This document shows positions 51,573 to 64,000 of a stretch of 64,000 bases of DNA, piece after piece; position 1 is the stretch's first letter; every line of letters begins with the position of its first letter. The stretch is from NCBI GenBank assembly GCA_013115125.1, contig JABANN010000053.1, positions 1-64,000 of the forward strand, in the 5' to 3' direction. Source of the DNA: Perkinsus olseni (Eukaryota). A program made the position numbers and the translations under genes. The notes under the pieces were generated by a model. That model saw only the letters and a list, made by a program, of their open reading frames with translations. It searched no databases and was not told where the DNA came from.

Positions 51573-52523
51573 TTAACAGCTAGTAAGAGTGGTATCGATG
51601 AGGAGACCTGCTTTGATGTGAATCTCAGTGGGGCTAATGATGGTGCCTTTGATACTCTTGATGTAGAGACCATCCATTAAGCTCTGCAGTATGGGGTCGT
51701 AGTTAGAAAAGATGATCTCACCTCCCTCAACTTCATAATCAGCCCCCGCCTTCTGACCTAGCACACTAACAGTAGCGCGGCCAGACTCGTCAAAGTCAAC
51801 ACTGAAGCTTTGCCCGTAGAGCTCGCCGCAGTAGTTACCACCAAACCCTCCAGACGCGCTGCTGGTAGTACTCGAAGTTTTAGTTGCTTTAGTGGCCTCA
51901 GTAGTAGTGCTGGTGGGAGAGCCAACCTCTGCAGTAGTGCTGCTAGTTGAGCCAACCTGAGCAGTAGTGCTGCTAGAAGGGACGGCCTCAGTAGTGCTGG
52001 TCGAAGGGACGGTCTCCGTAGTGCTGGTCGAAGGGACGGTCTCCGTAGTGCTGGTCGAAGGGACGGCCTCAGTAGTGCTGGTCGAAGGGACGGTCTCTGT
52101 AGTGCTGGTCGAAGGGACGGTCTCTGTAGTGCTGGTCGAAGGGACGGCCTCAGTAGTGCTGGTCGAAGGGACGGCCTCAGTAGTGCTGGTCGAAGGGACG
52201 GCCTCTGTAGTGGTGCTGCTAGTTGAGCCAACCTGAGCAGTAGTGCTGGTCGAAGTGACGGCCTCAGTAGTAGTGACTATCGGAGTGCTCACCGTACCAC
52301 AAGCGATGGCTTCACCGCGGCAGTCAGAGTCAGTCGGCTGGAAGCAGATTGACCCATCCGACTTTTTCGCCAAACCAAAACAGACGGGGTTACTTAACCA
52401 TGACTTACAATACGATCCGAACTTGGAGTTACTACACCCGCTGATGTAGGAGCACATCTGAGCACACGGATCCTCCGTGGCAACGGCGAGTAGGGGGAGA
52501 AGGACGGTGAGGTTGAAACGCAT
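51573..52523 (-). CDS. Secreted protein: signal peptide, Cys-rich domain, Thr/Ser mucin-like stalk and C-terminal globular domain (316 aa, intronless)
   Basis: Leader MRFNLTVLLPLLAVA, an 8-Cys domain (CAQMC..GC..YCKSW..PVCFGL..ICFQP..DC..AC), E(A/T)VPSTSTT repeats and a C-terminal domain 'NYCGELYGQ...TTLTSC'. Confidence 0.8.
   Translation of the reverse strand: MRFNLTVLLPLLAVATEDPCAQMCSYISGCSNSKFGSYCKSWLSNPVCFGLAKKSDGSICFQPTDSDCRGEAIACGTVSTPIVTTTEAVTSTSTTAQVGSTSSTTTEAVPSTSTTEAVPSTSTTEAVPSTSTTETVPSTSTTETVPSTSTTEAVPSTSTTETVPSTSTTETVPSTSTTEAVPSSSTTAQVGSTSSTTAEVGSPTSTTTEATKATKTSSTTSSASGGFGGNYCGELYGQSFSVDFDESGRATVSVLGQKAGADYEVEGGEIIFSNYDPILQSLMDGLYIKSIKGTIISPTEIHIKAGLLIDTTLTSC
51963..52205 (-). 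repeat. Nine tandem 27-bp coding repeats, E(A/T)VPSTSTT
   Basis: Plus-strand unit AGTAGTGCTGGTCGAAGGGACGGCCTC and variants; 9 x 27 = 243 bp. Confidence 0.95.
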
Positions 52524-52789
52524 GAGGGAACTTGGATAACAATCACTACGAAACACTAATACGCTCATCCCCCGATCAGTCCAATCACGAGTATCACTGA
52601 CTCGAATGGTGCCCTTGACTAAGCTACGTTAGCTCCAAGTGACAACTCGCCGTGTCATTTTGCGTCATTGCGCGTTGCGAGTTACAAGTTGTGATACCAC
52701 CTGGAGCCCCGCGTTGTGACCAGCGAGAGTCGGGGGTTCTTCGTGCCGCTCAACTGTCGTGCCTTCGGTTGTTGATGAACGTGATGAAC

Positions 52790-54588
52790 CCTGTTCACCA
52801 GGGGTCGGCTCCGAAATAAGGTTTCGACGACTTCATCTGGAATCGTTGCGCTTTGCGGTAGATACCACCACCGCCATGCCCGCCGAATCAAACAGCGACT
52901 CATCTCCATGGCCACTACGAGCCTGAAGGCCCCGAATTCCGACGAGGTCTTCAAAACTTCGCTTTGACCAGCTCATTCTCGAGAGACTACTGGCTTGTGG
53001 AAGTCTGGGTACCTCTCCTGCATCTCGGTCGCTCGAACCCTATTCAATCAGATAGCAACGGCGCCGGACGAACCCCTTGACATCGCCGGAGCGCGAGAGA
53101 ACATCCCATCGGCTCTATCGGCCTTCTTTAATGTTCACCCCCAGCGTATCAGAGAGCTCGAAACTGACATCAGGAAGGGCGGGGTAGGCCACGGGAAGAG
53201 CGCGAGACGGAAACACGGTGACCAGGTTATTGTGTTGACCTTATGTGTTGCGGACATTGACGACCCTTCGGCTACCTCGGGCATCGATCTACTCATCAAT
53301 ATCACCGAGGCCGGCAAGGATTCGGCCAACGCCATGTGGAACCGCAACGATTGGCTGTATGAGTACAGTCGAAGGATTACCTTCAAACCCATAGGTGGGT
53401 TTTGTGCTCATCTCCGGCGCGGAGGAAGTGCTTCAAGGTTTGGCTGAGGCAACTCTGAAACGACTGGATTCCATGGAAACTAAGATATCGGAGCAGCCAC
53501 AACGCCAACCACTGGAGGGCGCCGCTAAGGTCCCAGAAGCTCACAGGCCTTCCCTGAGTAGTCAGAAGACTATCATAATGTTACGCGATACACTCCGGTC
53601 AGACGAGAATGCCGAAGTTCTCGCGGACCTTCGGCGACAACTCAAGGCTGCACTTCGACGGAATGACAAACTGGAAGAGGACCTATCGGAAGCCCGGAGG
53701 GAGGTATGAGCGTCCATTCGTGGCACGAATACCGTGTCGGGCACTTCTCATGCTTCCTAGGCTGAGCGTGGACCGGACTCGGCCAGAGATAGTAGCGTTA
53801 GTAGCAGTACGGGCGAGGACGACAAGGAGTATATCGGTAACATGGAAGCCGCACTTGAACGAGAACAGGGGAGGTAGGTGCCACCTCACCGATTCCCTGC
53901 GAGGCAGCCCTTGACGGAGGCTTGTTATCCCTGTTTGAGAAATATATTTCTGAGAGCGCCCGACTGAACTCTTTGGCAGAGTCGCCCATCTCGAGCGTGA
54001 GTTGGAAGCGGCAGTGAGGGCTGCCCAGCGTGTCACTCATGACAAGAAAGTGAAGAAGGCGCTCGAGAGTGAGCTGACCCATGTACCACGCCATCAGCAT
54101 CGCATGGCAATCATGTATGAATCGGGTATCCTCAGATAAGAGCTGACAAGGAGAAACATAAACGTGAGAGGAAGGCTATCATGGACCGCGTGATTGCCCA
54201 TCGACCATCTCAACATGACACGGGGGACCGGAGGGCGCTGCACGCGGCCGAAGTGAGCCCTGTGCGTGACTCAGCCATTGATGCGCTGCTGTCTCAGAGG
54301 GAAGAGTCTTCGAAGAATGCTGCTAAGATAGCCGCTTTGGAGTCGCTGTTGCACAAGTCCCTCTCGTACTCCTACGTAGCGATAAAGCTACACTCCTTGT
54401 CTCCGACCCCACCGGCCGCGGGATGGGGTCTCGAGATGTTCTACGCCCAAGTCAGCACGCCCGACTCGCCTGGAAGTGTGGACTCCCATGTAGGGGACTC
54501 CCCGATGCTTGCTAAGAGCAGCCGTTCGACCTCAGGGAGCACATCGAGGCGACTGGAAGGGCCGAGTGTTGTTCCTGCCTTACACTGA
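52790..54588 (+). CDS. Multi-exon hypothetical coiled-coil protein
   Basis: ORF segments 52995-53447, 53395-53709 ('LADLRRQLKAALRRNDKLEEDLSEARRE') and 54181-54588 are linked by GT-AG introns. Start uncertain. Confidence 0.45.
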
Positions 54589-54615
54589 GGGAATGACGTT
54601 CACGGTCGATGTAGG

Positions 54616-56129
54616 TTAGCGGTGTGAGCACAGGGACTTCGCTCGGCCCAGCAGGTTACGTGTGTGTGGAGAACGGCAACGGGCGAGGCGTGTCGGCAAG
54701 AAGAGCTCGGCAGGACGGGGTTCATCCGAGTGGCCCATGCTCAGGATAAGCGACAAGACGGAAGCGATGATGACGATGATATTGTAGCGAGACTTCACCA
54801 TTTCAACGTTACCATTCAATTGTGTACAGGGAACCTATCCCTTGCGGAGGTCGACCAGCAACGCCTCCACCGTCTATACCGACCCACTATCAATACTACT
54901 AGGGGTTTACTGCTGCATCAGCGGCAGTAGAGTGCAGCACATTAGGGCCCAGCAACTGGGCAGCGACCACACTAGCAGTGGTGCCGCCAGCTCATCATCA
55001 CCCTATTCTGGTAGAAGTAGCCACTCTGTGGACACCCTCGTAACAGAGTCCAGCGGTATCGGGCCTCGCTCGGAGAACGTGAGTGCTTCGCGACGTCCCT
55101 CCTGCAATAGCGTTTTCCTTTGCTCGGTCAGGCAGAGCGAGCGACTCGAGTTCGTTGACGTTGATGAGGGTAGCCTAGCATGACATGAGGGCCCTAATGC
55201 TTCTACCTTGATCAATCGACATCTTGTGTGCTGAGTCCGTAGACACAACGCTCCGACCATCAGTGGGATACAACAGTACTCAAGACTTTCTCTCTCGCCT
55301 TCACCGGACCTCGCGTGGCTCGGGGAATTGATAGGCTACAGCGGCCGCATCTATCACCTGGGCCGATCTCGGGCCGGTGGCACGCTGTGACGGTGTGAAG
55401 TGTGGTATCGGCCGGAATCGGGACAGCACTGCACAATGGTGCACAATTGCGTAGTGCAGGACGGGTGCTCCAGGCTAAGCTTCGCTAGATCGATTTCGTT
55501 CGTAGCTTCGTACTCAGACATAAGTTGTCTGACGTAGTTTGTCGACGTATCGTATAGCTTTGGTGACTCGTGTCGCCTTGGGTATTATCTATACGTTTGG
55601 TTGCTTCTGAGTTGCAGTACATCTTTTGGGTCGGGTTCACTACGCGAGTAATCCTGACAACGCGTGCTCGGCGTCACACCTTGACCAACGTGGTCTGTGG
55701 GGGAAGATGGCGGAAATGATGAATAGCATGCGAGGCGACCAACTGCCACTTACTAACGCGAAGCGGCGCGTGTACAGCTGAAGTCGTCTCCGTACTGTCA
55801 CTCCACTGATTGGACAAAGTCAGTCGCAAAATTTTGGCGCACCGCTTACGCGCCGAACGGTCTAGCCCAGCTGCTTGGATGATAGTATTGTTTCTCTTGC
55901 CGGGGAGGCCACCCAATGAGGCGCCCTCCCGAGGTTCTGTCGCTCCACCCAGCATGGACTTGCGAGGTCTCGCCAGACCGGCATGATCGTGAGACTCTCC
56001 TGTCGACCCGAGTGGTGAGTCGCCCCCCTCCGGCTTCCCTGTCGTAAACCTTCCGTTCTCCAGGAGATCATCCAAAGGGGATGCGTCACCTTGTTGCAGG
56101 GCACCTGCTGCTACGAGAAACAAGCACAA
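54616..56129 (-). CDS. Possible multi-exon hypothetical protein with a hydrophobic leader and a C-terminal TM segment
   Basis: ORF 5' part 'CLFLVAAGALQQGD' and the hydrophobic stretch 'NIIVIIASVLSLILSMG' near 54760. Confidence 0.3.
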
Positions 56130-56295
56130 GAATTCCGGTAGGCCTTCCCCTCGCCCCCTTCTCGGTCGTTCCGACTATCCTACTAGGTCATTCGTAGCTG
56201 ATCGGTACGGCTCCTTGAATGAGCCTCCCCTCTCCGTCACTGACCCCCACATCGCCGTCTTATCAGAGGACACAAGACCGTGAGCGGGCCTTCGC

Positions 56296-58093
56296 ATGAT
56301 ACCAGAGGCACCTCCCCTGAAGCCTCAAACCCTTCCCCTTGCTTTCGTGTGTTTCCCTGGCGGAGCGGAAGCGATCATCAGATTGGAGACGTACATGACG
56401 TTGATAGCCTTTGGTCCGACCGCCTACCCGTCGACCTACGATAGTGAACAAATGGACCTCAATCGGCGCAACTATCTTGCAGACAGAAGTACCGGTTGGG
56501 TCGAATGCTGCCGCCCCTCGGTGTTGGTCGTAGGCCCTCACGTACCATTCTGTATCGTCGAGGTTAACGAGTCGACTGGTGATGTGAAGGCTGTTCACAT
56601 CGACTGCTGCGACCGTGTGTTGATCGACGGCAGCGTATCAATCGACCTGGCCATGTGCCATCACGTGATTCATCGGAAAGTTCTCCTCCCCGGCAAGCCA
56701 CCCATATACTTGAGGATGGCCCTCTCCTCCGCGTTTGATAAGAACGTAGGCCTCAGGGCACAGTTTCGGAGCCGCCAATAGCACGCTAGGTTTTTCTTTG
56801 TGGCTACGCTGATGTCGAGCAGGAGGGAGATTTTGAGCCCCTCCTGCTGTGCACTTTGGACGGCATGCCTGAGGCTGAAGATGAGCACAGACACTACAGG
56901 AGCATGAGCTCTGAGATAGATGCTCCGGTGACCTCTCTCGACCCCGGGCCGCCGGGGTCCTTCATTCCATCAAGTTGCAGGAGATATCCCGAGGTCTCGA
57001 TGAGCGACACGTGGCTACTTGGCACGGTGGCAGGGACAGAGCGAAACGTTCTACGGAGCCGCTTCCTCGACCGACCAGAAAACTCGGTACCCCAGGCTGG
57101 TTAGTGTTGTACCGCAGGTCGTCCTTTCAGTGTATGCCACTTGTTGCAGCGAGGAAGAATACGGTATAGTGTTGATAGTGATCGATGATGATGGTTGTGT
57201 GTGGATGCGCACTGACGATCGTCCGGCGTGTGGACGGCGCGTGTGGTTCCCAGCCCTGCCCTTCACTCGAGGCGTGGAGGCAGGGGACCGATGCCAGCAA
57301 GTGAGGCTAGATTTCTTGTCGGCCGCAGGAGGGCCGTTGGTGATGCCGGTCTTTGATGGCGTCATAACCATCATCCATACCGTTCCGCCGAGCACCGAGC
57401 GGATCTCGGAAGGAGAAGTCTCCCCAAGACGCAGCGTGATGAGTTCCTCTCGCCGAAGAATAACTGAGGAGCTGTGAGTAGTCATCGAGCGAGATCCCTA
57501 CCGTTATCGCAGGTGCTGCAACTTCACAACGGCTTCACACATCGAGGCGACGAGTATGGATTCGCTACTGCTACTCGAAGTGGCGGTGTAGTTGTCATTG
57601 AGGGCTGCATCGGCAACACCCGGGAGTTTCCTGATATCAGTAGGAGCTGATGTCGACTGAGCAATGGAAGCTCCGATAGCTCAGAGAGATAGCAGATAGA
57701 AGAATGCTCGGTTACCCCTTTTGGGCTTCCCAGCAGGTCTTGTATATTTCAGGCACCCGCCAAGCCGCCTTACCTCTCCAAGTGGCAGCCCTTCCCATCG
57801 GCTTCAGACCAGCTGCAGTGATGAGCTTCCTCACCGCATCGGACATCATTGGTGAGACTCTAGCCTTACCCACGATCAGTGTGATCGCGCTGGGCGTGAC
57901 ACCGTGAGCCGCACGTGGACTATCGGATGAGCTGTGTTTTGAACGCCCGCGTCCTTTGGCTCGCCTCACGTCTTCGCGGTCAGGCAACGCATGCAGAATG
58001 GAGGTGCGGCCTGAAGGCTCCATCTCGTGGACCGTGGGTCATGCTAACTGCTGGGTGCATCTCTCCGGCATCGTCTTCGAGGTTCACGGCTGA
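56296..58093 (+). CDS. Multi-exon protein with up to three degenerate 'LPxGFRP...xGxI...WxxLxGIxF' beta-rich repeats
   Basis: The last two exons splice to VLYISG...VAALPIGFRPAAVMSFLT...CRMEVRPEGSISW...WVHLSGIVFEVHG* (TGA 58091-58093). Weaker copies occur in earlier exons. Confidence 0.55.
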
Positions 58094-58162
58094 ACGTCTC
58101 CGTCGAGGCTTTGGCGTCTTGTTCGAAGTGTTCAATGAATCCCCCTCTCAGCAACAACCTTT

Positions 58163-59485
58163 ATGAGTCATCGTCGCCAACATCTTCGATGCCTCGCCAT
58201 AGCCCTACAATTTCTGCTAGTTTTCCCCCTCTCACTGTTCCCCCCACCAGTGGACCAGTTGGTCAGCACTCTCCGCAAGCGCATTCTTGTCCGGCGTTCT
58301 GACCTCGACTGGCCCGCAGTGGCAGTGACTCCGAGACCGGACGTATGTGATTCTTCACTTCACGGCCCGACTTGTTCTCTGATCGACGGCCACCAGTCTG
58401 ACTTGGCGGTCCTCCACCACGGCGGTGTCCGATTGGGTGAGCTGCTTCCACAGAGCCTCCTCGACAGCTCTGACGATGCTGACGAGCTCCGAGCGAGAGT
58501 GAATCGACTACTTCGCCGATTGAACCACTCCGAACCCGTCAGCAAGGATGCCGAGGCAGTTGCCTTCCACTTAAGTCTGCAAACGTCCACCTTTACCCAG
58601 ATGCCCGACGGGGTCAACATCCACTATGACGATAGATGGTCCATTGAGGTTGGGAGGCGACCTATGCTGGGCCCGTCTGATACAGCAGGACGCATAACCT
58701 TCACCAAGAATGTGACCATCACCACGCTAGTTGTTGAGAGCCCCAGCCCTGTTGTTGTACAAGGTTTGAGTGCTCAGCGAGTCCAGTGGGAGGGGCACGC
58801 CAGACTCAGCCCAATTCAAAGCCGCATCGATCTAGTGGCCCAGTCCCTGCTAGTGGGAATAACTCGGTCGAACCTCGATGTACCAGCCGATGCGACCGCT
58901 GTCGACGAGATCCGTATCATAAGTTTATCTCCCGTAACCTTATTTACCATCGAGGGACGTGTGAGCGTCAAGGACCCCTGGCACAGTCCTCATCGTAGCA
59001 TTCTCCTCGAGCCGAGGAGCAGGAGCAAATACCGTAACGCCTGGCTTGGCGTCGTAGCTGCTTCGGCTGACTTTGTCGATATGCACTACGTAGCCGAGCA
59101 CGGGTTGAAGTGCAGGCGAGCCCCTTCGGCAAGAGATGTGGATCTTACACGGGGAGTATTCACCAACGACCTCTACTCGGAGATCGCCCCTATGGCCCGC
59201 CCGACCCCTAGCCTCTTTAAGCTGTCCCAGCATGTGAGCCGAGTACTTATGTCGTCATGGGCGAAGGCTTATGCTAACTCTGAGGATTCTATCATTGAAG
59301 CGGCTCTGGCCAGCACCACTGAGGACGCGGCGATCGTGGAGTATCTCCGCTGGGCAGCTCTTCCGAGGGGCGAGCGAGTGGTTGTTGCCGATAGCGAACT
59401 CGATCGTGAAGAATTGGCTGTAAGGAAAGATATGAAAGAGATATTGGAGATGGTACATGCTAGATTTCAGAAAGGGCCAAAGTAG
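58163..59485 (+). CDS. Hypothetical 440-aa protein with an N-terminal signal or TM segment, intronless
   Basis: Long uninterrupted ORF with hydrophobic 'LAIALQFLLVFPLSLF'. No family recognised. Confidence 0.6.
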   Translation: MSHRRQHLRCLAIALQFLLVFPLSLFPPPVDQLVSTLRKRILVRRSDLDWPAVAVTPRPDVCDSSLHGPTCSLIDGHQSDLAVLHHGGVRLGELLPQSLLDSSDDADELRARVNRLLRRLNHSEPVSKDAEAVAFHLSLQTSTFTQMPDGVNIHYDDRWSIEVGRRPMLGPSDTAGRITFTKNVTITTLVVESPSPVVVQGLSAQRVQWEGHARLSPIQSRIDLVAQSLLVGITRSNLDVPADATAVDEIRIISLSPVTLFTIEGRVSVKDPWHSPHRSILLEPRSRSKYRNAWLGVVAASADFVDMHYVAEHGLKCRRAPSARDVDLTRGVFTNDLYSEIAPMARPTPSLFKLSQHVSRVLMSSWAKAYANSEDSIIEAALASTTEDAAIVEYLRWAALPRGERVVVADSELDREELAVRKDMKEILEMVHARFQKGPK

Positions 59486-59499
59486 GGGTTGCTTCGCTG

Positions 59500-60282
59500 G
59501 TTGCTGCCGTTCAACTGCGTCTGGGAGTTTCGAATTTCAGTGCGACAATTGTTTCGCCCTCACGACGAGAGAGGGGCTTGCGGGTCGTGTCGTAGCTGCG
59601 GTGGAACACTCGGGGTCTCCGAGTCGGGGACTGTCTCTCATTGCTCAGCTCCCCTGCCGAGACGATCCCCCAATCCATCGCCTCGCGATTGTTTCTCAGG
59701 GCGAAGGCGGCCGTCGTCAGTGTTGACCTCAGCGGCGACGACATCGACACCAGCAGAATCTCAGCCGCCGTTAAAACTGCTTTTGAGCTGGTTGCTGATG
59801 GATCACATGCTGCTACATCTACCCATACTGATGGCGAAGGAGTGTCCGATAAGAAGAGTTCAACAGCCGAGTAAATCCGGGCAGAGACCATCAATTTCTA
59901 GACTGTTTGATCCAATAGCCCCCTGTCTACCCCATCGCAGCTCCAAGCGATATAGTCCCACTCGGCAGCCTAGGGTAGAAGTCTCTCAGCAGCCTCCGTA
60001 ACGTTGTCGGCGTTAATCGACGTCACACTCGCCAGCTCGTCGGCTAGCTCGTCTTGTAGGAGCCGTTACATCGTCCACTCGGAGCGCGGGGAGCACGTCA
60101 TCAGCCACGAAGATCTCATCGATGTAGTAGAGTCGCTGCTCGGCCGAATCACTGGAGATGGAGGTGACGCTGAGGAGGTTAAGATAGAATCCTTCGAGGA
60201 TTCTCCTCCGATCCCACGATCTGAGGACCCGGCCCTCACTAGCGAAGGCTCACCGGCCCCAGAGGAGCGGATGCCAGGGTGA
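59500..60282 (+). CDS. Possible small two-exon hypothetical protein
   Basis: Segments 59641-59874 and 60060-60282 with a GTAAAT donor near 59870. Confidence 0.3.
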
Positions 60283-60540
60283 AACACTCTCCGATTGCCT
60301 CTCTAGCCATGACCATCTGCCTCGACTTCAGGTCGCAGTCGTCTTCGGAAAGTCCGACATAATTGCAAAATTCATGATTGCATCTTGGCGATTTTGTTGC
60401 TCTTCGCTTGATTGGATCATTGGAGTGTATTTTCAGATCACCCGTTGTTGCGTCTTGACGGGCAGTACGAGGAGTCTCTTCTGGGTGCGGCGTCTGTGAC
60501 CGTATCTCCAGTTTAATTGATACTACATCCAGAGGAAGTT

Positions 60541-61666
60541 TCATCCACTGGCAAGCTCACTGTCAAAACTAGTCGCACAACAACTTCCGAGTGATGGACA
60601 ACATCAGCAAGCATGCATCGTCCTCACCGGCTCGACTCTTGCTGTTGAGCTATACGCCTGAGAAGATACCCTCATCATCGTGTAGCTGCGAGGGCTGGTT
60701 AGATGCTTACGGATTCTCCCACGCCCATCCCGGAATCATATTCGGCGGCTCCAACAGCCAACAGCAGTCTATCCTGGTGAGCTCAGGATACTCAGCGTCA
60801 AGATACGCGTTGCCCTCCCTCATGATGCGCTCCTGAGCAGCCCAATACACTATAGTCGATAGAGCCCACAGCCTACTTGTGCAGGCTCCTTGGCGTCAGG
60901 GCGATGCCGATTGAACCGGTCGACGACGTCCCTGCACCAACAGCAGCTACTACAGCAGCTTTTGCCTCTATGATCACCCACATGCCTTGGATGACGGTTC
61001 CGATAGGAGCGAAGTTCTGTCTGTCTAATGCGGTATTATCACCGGTGTTGATGAAAACCTGAATATCGTCTCAGACGGCAAGGGGGGCGTCAGAGGCTGC
61101 ACCTGAGTGGTCCTCGAATTGGGCGTGTCTGCCTTGGCAAAGGTGATGCTCCCTCTCACGTTAGACGCCTGAGATTAGTCCTACCATTGACGGAGCCTCG
61201 GGTGATGGGCCTACCCGGACTGGCTCGTCCACGAGAGGCATCCCTAGCCACTTGGCCCCGGCATCAGGGCTGCCACTGATACCAAACTGTGCAACGAAGC
61301 CCGGCTCTACTCTGAAGACACGGGTGTTGTCGTAGAAGTGAGATGTGATGAGCTCCATGAACCTGAGGAGGGGGCCGAGAGCTGTTGCTCCGGAGACTGG
61401 ACTGACCTGTTGAAGCCTATGGGCGCCACGGCAGGGAAGATGGCCAGGGTGAAGAAGCCGAAAGCGCCATCTGGCTTGTCGTCCTGGGTTGGTAAATTGG
61501 ACACGCTGCATTTGACCTGAGACTAAGCGTGTGATTAGGGTTTCGGAAGGAATCTACTGACCTGTACATGAGGCAGGCCTTCACCGGCCAGGGCTCGGGT
61601 TTCCTCAGTTGCCGCCGCCAAGGCGACTAAGGGCACCCCGGAGAAGAGGAGGCAGCGGCTTCGCAT
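60541..61666 (-). CDS. Cyclophilin-type peptidyl-prolyl isomerase with signal peptide (multi-exon)
   Basis: Spliced segments 'APIGFNR|FMELITSHFYDNTRVFRVEPGFVAQFGISG', 'SNVRGSITFAKADTPNSRTTQ|VFINTGDNTALDRQNFAPIGTVIQGM|DVVD' and 'EGNAYLDAEYPEL'. The catalytic Arg (FRV) and Gln residues are present. The 3' end is tentative. Confidence 0.88.
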
Positions 61667-61749
61667 AGGGCTAAAACGATAAACTGGAGGGCCCATGGAG
61701 ATGAGTTGGTGAGTGTGTGGTACGCAACACTCACGAGAGCACCGACAGT

Positions 61750-64000
61750 GTAGACGACAAGCGGTGGGGGCATGGGGCGCATCATCGGGCAGACCTCCTC
61801 GTTGAGGGGCTTCGTAGGCCACGACGGGCGTCTCGAGACCTCGGCGAGGGATGAGTACGCGCACCTGAGATCGGAGACCAGAGGCTGATACCTGAGTAAG
61901 GCGGTAACCTGTCGGACTACCTCTTGTCTTCGGCCGATCAGGGAGGTGATCGCCCTTGAGCTGCTGCGTCATGCCGTAGACGGCTGCTAAGGATCCGAGG
62001 GAGTTATCCACGTTCTGGCCCCCTCGCTTCTGTCCCCATCTACTACGAGGCCTGCTACCCGGACCACTAACCCCAGTCGACGATGTTACTGGCCTCGATG
62101 GACTGAAGCAGTCACCGCCATGCTCGACGATGAGAGGCTCCTGTTGGTCATCCCTCACCTCGGTGACTCCTCCGTCTTTGCAACTGGCTTGTCGCTAAGT
62201 GACGGACTACACGCCCTGACCTCCTCCCAAGCTGTCGCAGCCACTACCCTGGTGCACTCGTAGGCTGCCTCGGCCAGGACAGACGCTGCAACGTACCTTC
62301 AGAAAGCAGCCCGATTGATTCACCTCGCACGACCCCGCACAGCTCACTTTACGACTTTGCCGTATTTCCGGCGCGGTGGCATTGCCCGCTTGCCCTTCGG
62401 CACGGGATCGATCGTCACAACCTTCGCCCATCGTTCGAAGTCCATAAGGTCGGTCCGCTCGATGCCTGCCCCATCACACAGAGCAGCCCATAAGGCAGCC
62501 TTGTTGCCGACGACGACAGAGCTGCCTTCGCCCAGCTGCTTCAACCGGAGGGCGAGCATCTCCTTGCCGAACCTCGTGGCGCCGTTGGCGAAGTGCTGGT
62601 AGGCTTCCTCCGTAGTATCGAAGTTACGCTTAAGCACGTCGTTAAAAGTTCCCAAGCAGCGTCGGCACTCCTCTGGAGATGGCATGATGGTGGGCGAGGA
62701 CTGTGGGCTGCCGACAGCACTGGCCGCCGCCGGGGACAACGGCCGAGTCGGAGCCTTCCGGGCCAGGACAGCATTCAACACTCGTTCTTGTGTCGCTGCT
62801 ATCTGGTGCAGAGCAGCTCTCTGGCCGTCATAGCGATCAGCCAGCCGACTAAGGCACGTCGGGCATAGCGGACGGGAAGGGAGTGAAGGCTGCCCACCTG
62901 ATGGCCTCCTTATGTGAGCGCATCAACTTCTCCACTGCCGCTGACGGTGACTGCCCAGCTTGCTTCTTCGGTAGTGCCTCCGTCATCGCTTGACCTAGCT
63001 TAGCCATCGAGGCTGTCAGCGTCTTATGGGAAGCCTCCATCGACTTGGCCAGGGTGGTGATAGCAGCCTGAGAGCACTCAAGCACCTCATGCCATAGCCA
63101 CCCTCCGTTACCTCCATCTCGCCACGCTTGGCCTCCTGCTCACCCAATCGGGCGTGGATATCGGCGTTGCCGGCCTCCAGTGTGACCATACCCTCCCTCA
63201 ACGAGACAGTCAGTTCCTGAGAGTCCTCCGACTACGAGGCCAGGGCGAGCAGCCACTCGGCCTACTTTCCGCGTCGCTTCGCATATTTCCTCAGTCTTCC
63301 GCTCAAGCTCGACCAGAGCTGCCTTCTTGACGAATTCTGTGGTGGTTGGTGATGTTCCGGTAGAGGTCTTGGAAGATGATCCCTCCATCAACCCTGAGGC
63401 CTCGACTGTCCAGCTGCAGCCTGGGCTACTGACCGTACCCTCAACCTTGTGCTCGAGTTCCTCCAACTTCTCCTTCACCTCCTCCACTTCTGCTACTGCC
63501 GCTTCCCGACACGCCTCTCGGATATACTCAGGAGCTGAGCGTACAGCCAGTGATGGTGGCAGCGTTGGAGCAGCAAGCTTACCCTGGTCGGGGGGTACGA
63601 GACCTCGCTCCTGATCGAAGGCGTCTAGTCGCATCGATACCCCCTGGATTGATGCCCGGACGTCCTCAAGCTCACTTCGTACGGACTGAGGAAGAGTATT
63701 GAGTGGTAAGCAGCAGACCATCATGCTAACCTCGGGGAGGTCCGCTGTAGGGAAGCCATTGGCGGCATGTAGTCGTCGCTCGAGAGCCTCTAGACGGTGG
63801 AGGCACATCTCGGAGAGATCGGCTATCACCGCTGAACAGAAACAGGAGAGAATGGCACCTGCTCGTCGTCTGGCGCCAATGCCACCTTTAGTCCGCTCAT
63901 CCTCCACTACTCCTCCAGGCAGGTCTCCGCGGCGGCCCTACATAACGCTCATAGTAGAGGGCAGCGGAGGGCAGCACCAACCTCTAAAGCCGAGACCTTC
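61750..64000 (-). CDS. 3' part of a multi-exon coiled-coil protein with a possible degenerate EF-hand-like region; continues beyond the window
   Basis: Segments 'EVEEVKEKLEELEHKVE', 'ITTLAKSMEASHKTLTASMAKL' and 'FNDVLKRNFDTTEEAYQHF...LMDFERWAKV'. Confidence 0.45.

Overview
This is eukaryotic, intron-rich genomic DNA, most likely from a Perkinsus-like alveolate. That is an inference from the alveolate-type P4-ATPase/guanylyl cyclase fusion, a bL19m with long lineage-specific extensions, and many ~50-nt introns. The main feature is a ~27-kb tandem array (10142-37470) of P4-ATPase (flippase)-guanylyl cyclase fusion genes, with two apparently complete ~22-exon copies and two decayed partial copies. 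The two full copies are nearly identical in their enzymatic cores and strongly diverged in membrane and linker regions, and copy B has lost the KGAD lysine. To the left are tRNA-Pro and tRNA-Val genes bracketing a decayed LTR-retrotransposon pol, followed by RPL28. To the right are an intronless S1/P1 nuclease with an RS-rich tail, mitochondrial bL19 with a GC-AG intron, a secreted Cys-rich mucin-like protein with a pseudogene paralog, a protein with phage-tail-fibre-like repeats, a secreted cyclophilin and several hypothetical multi-exon genes. All gene models were spliced by eye and no database search was run.
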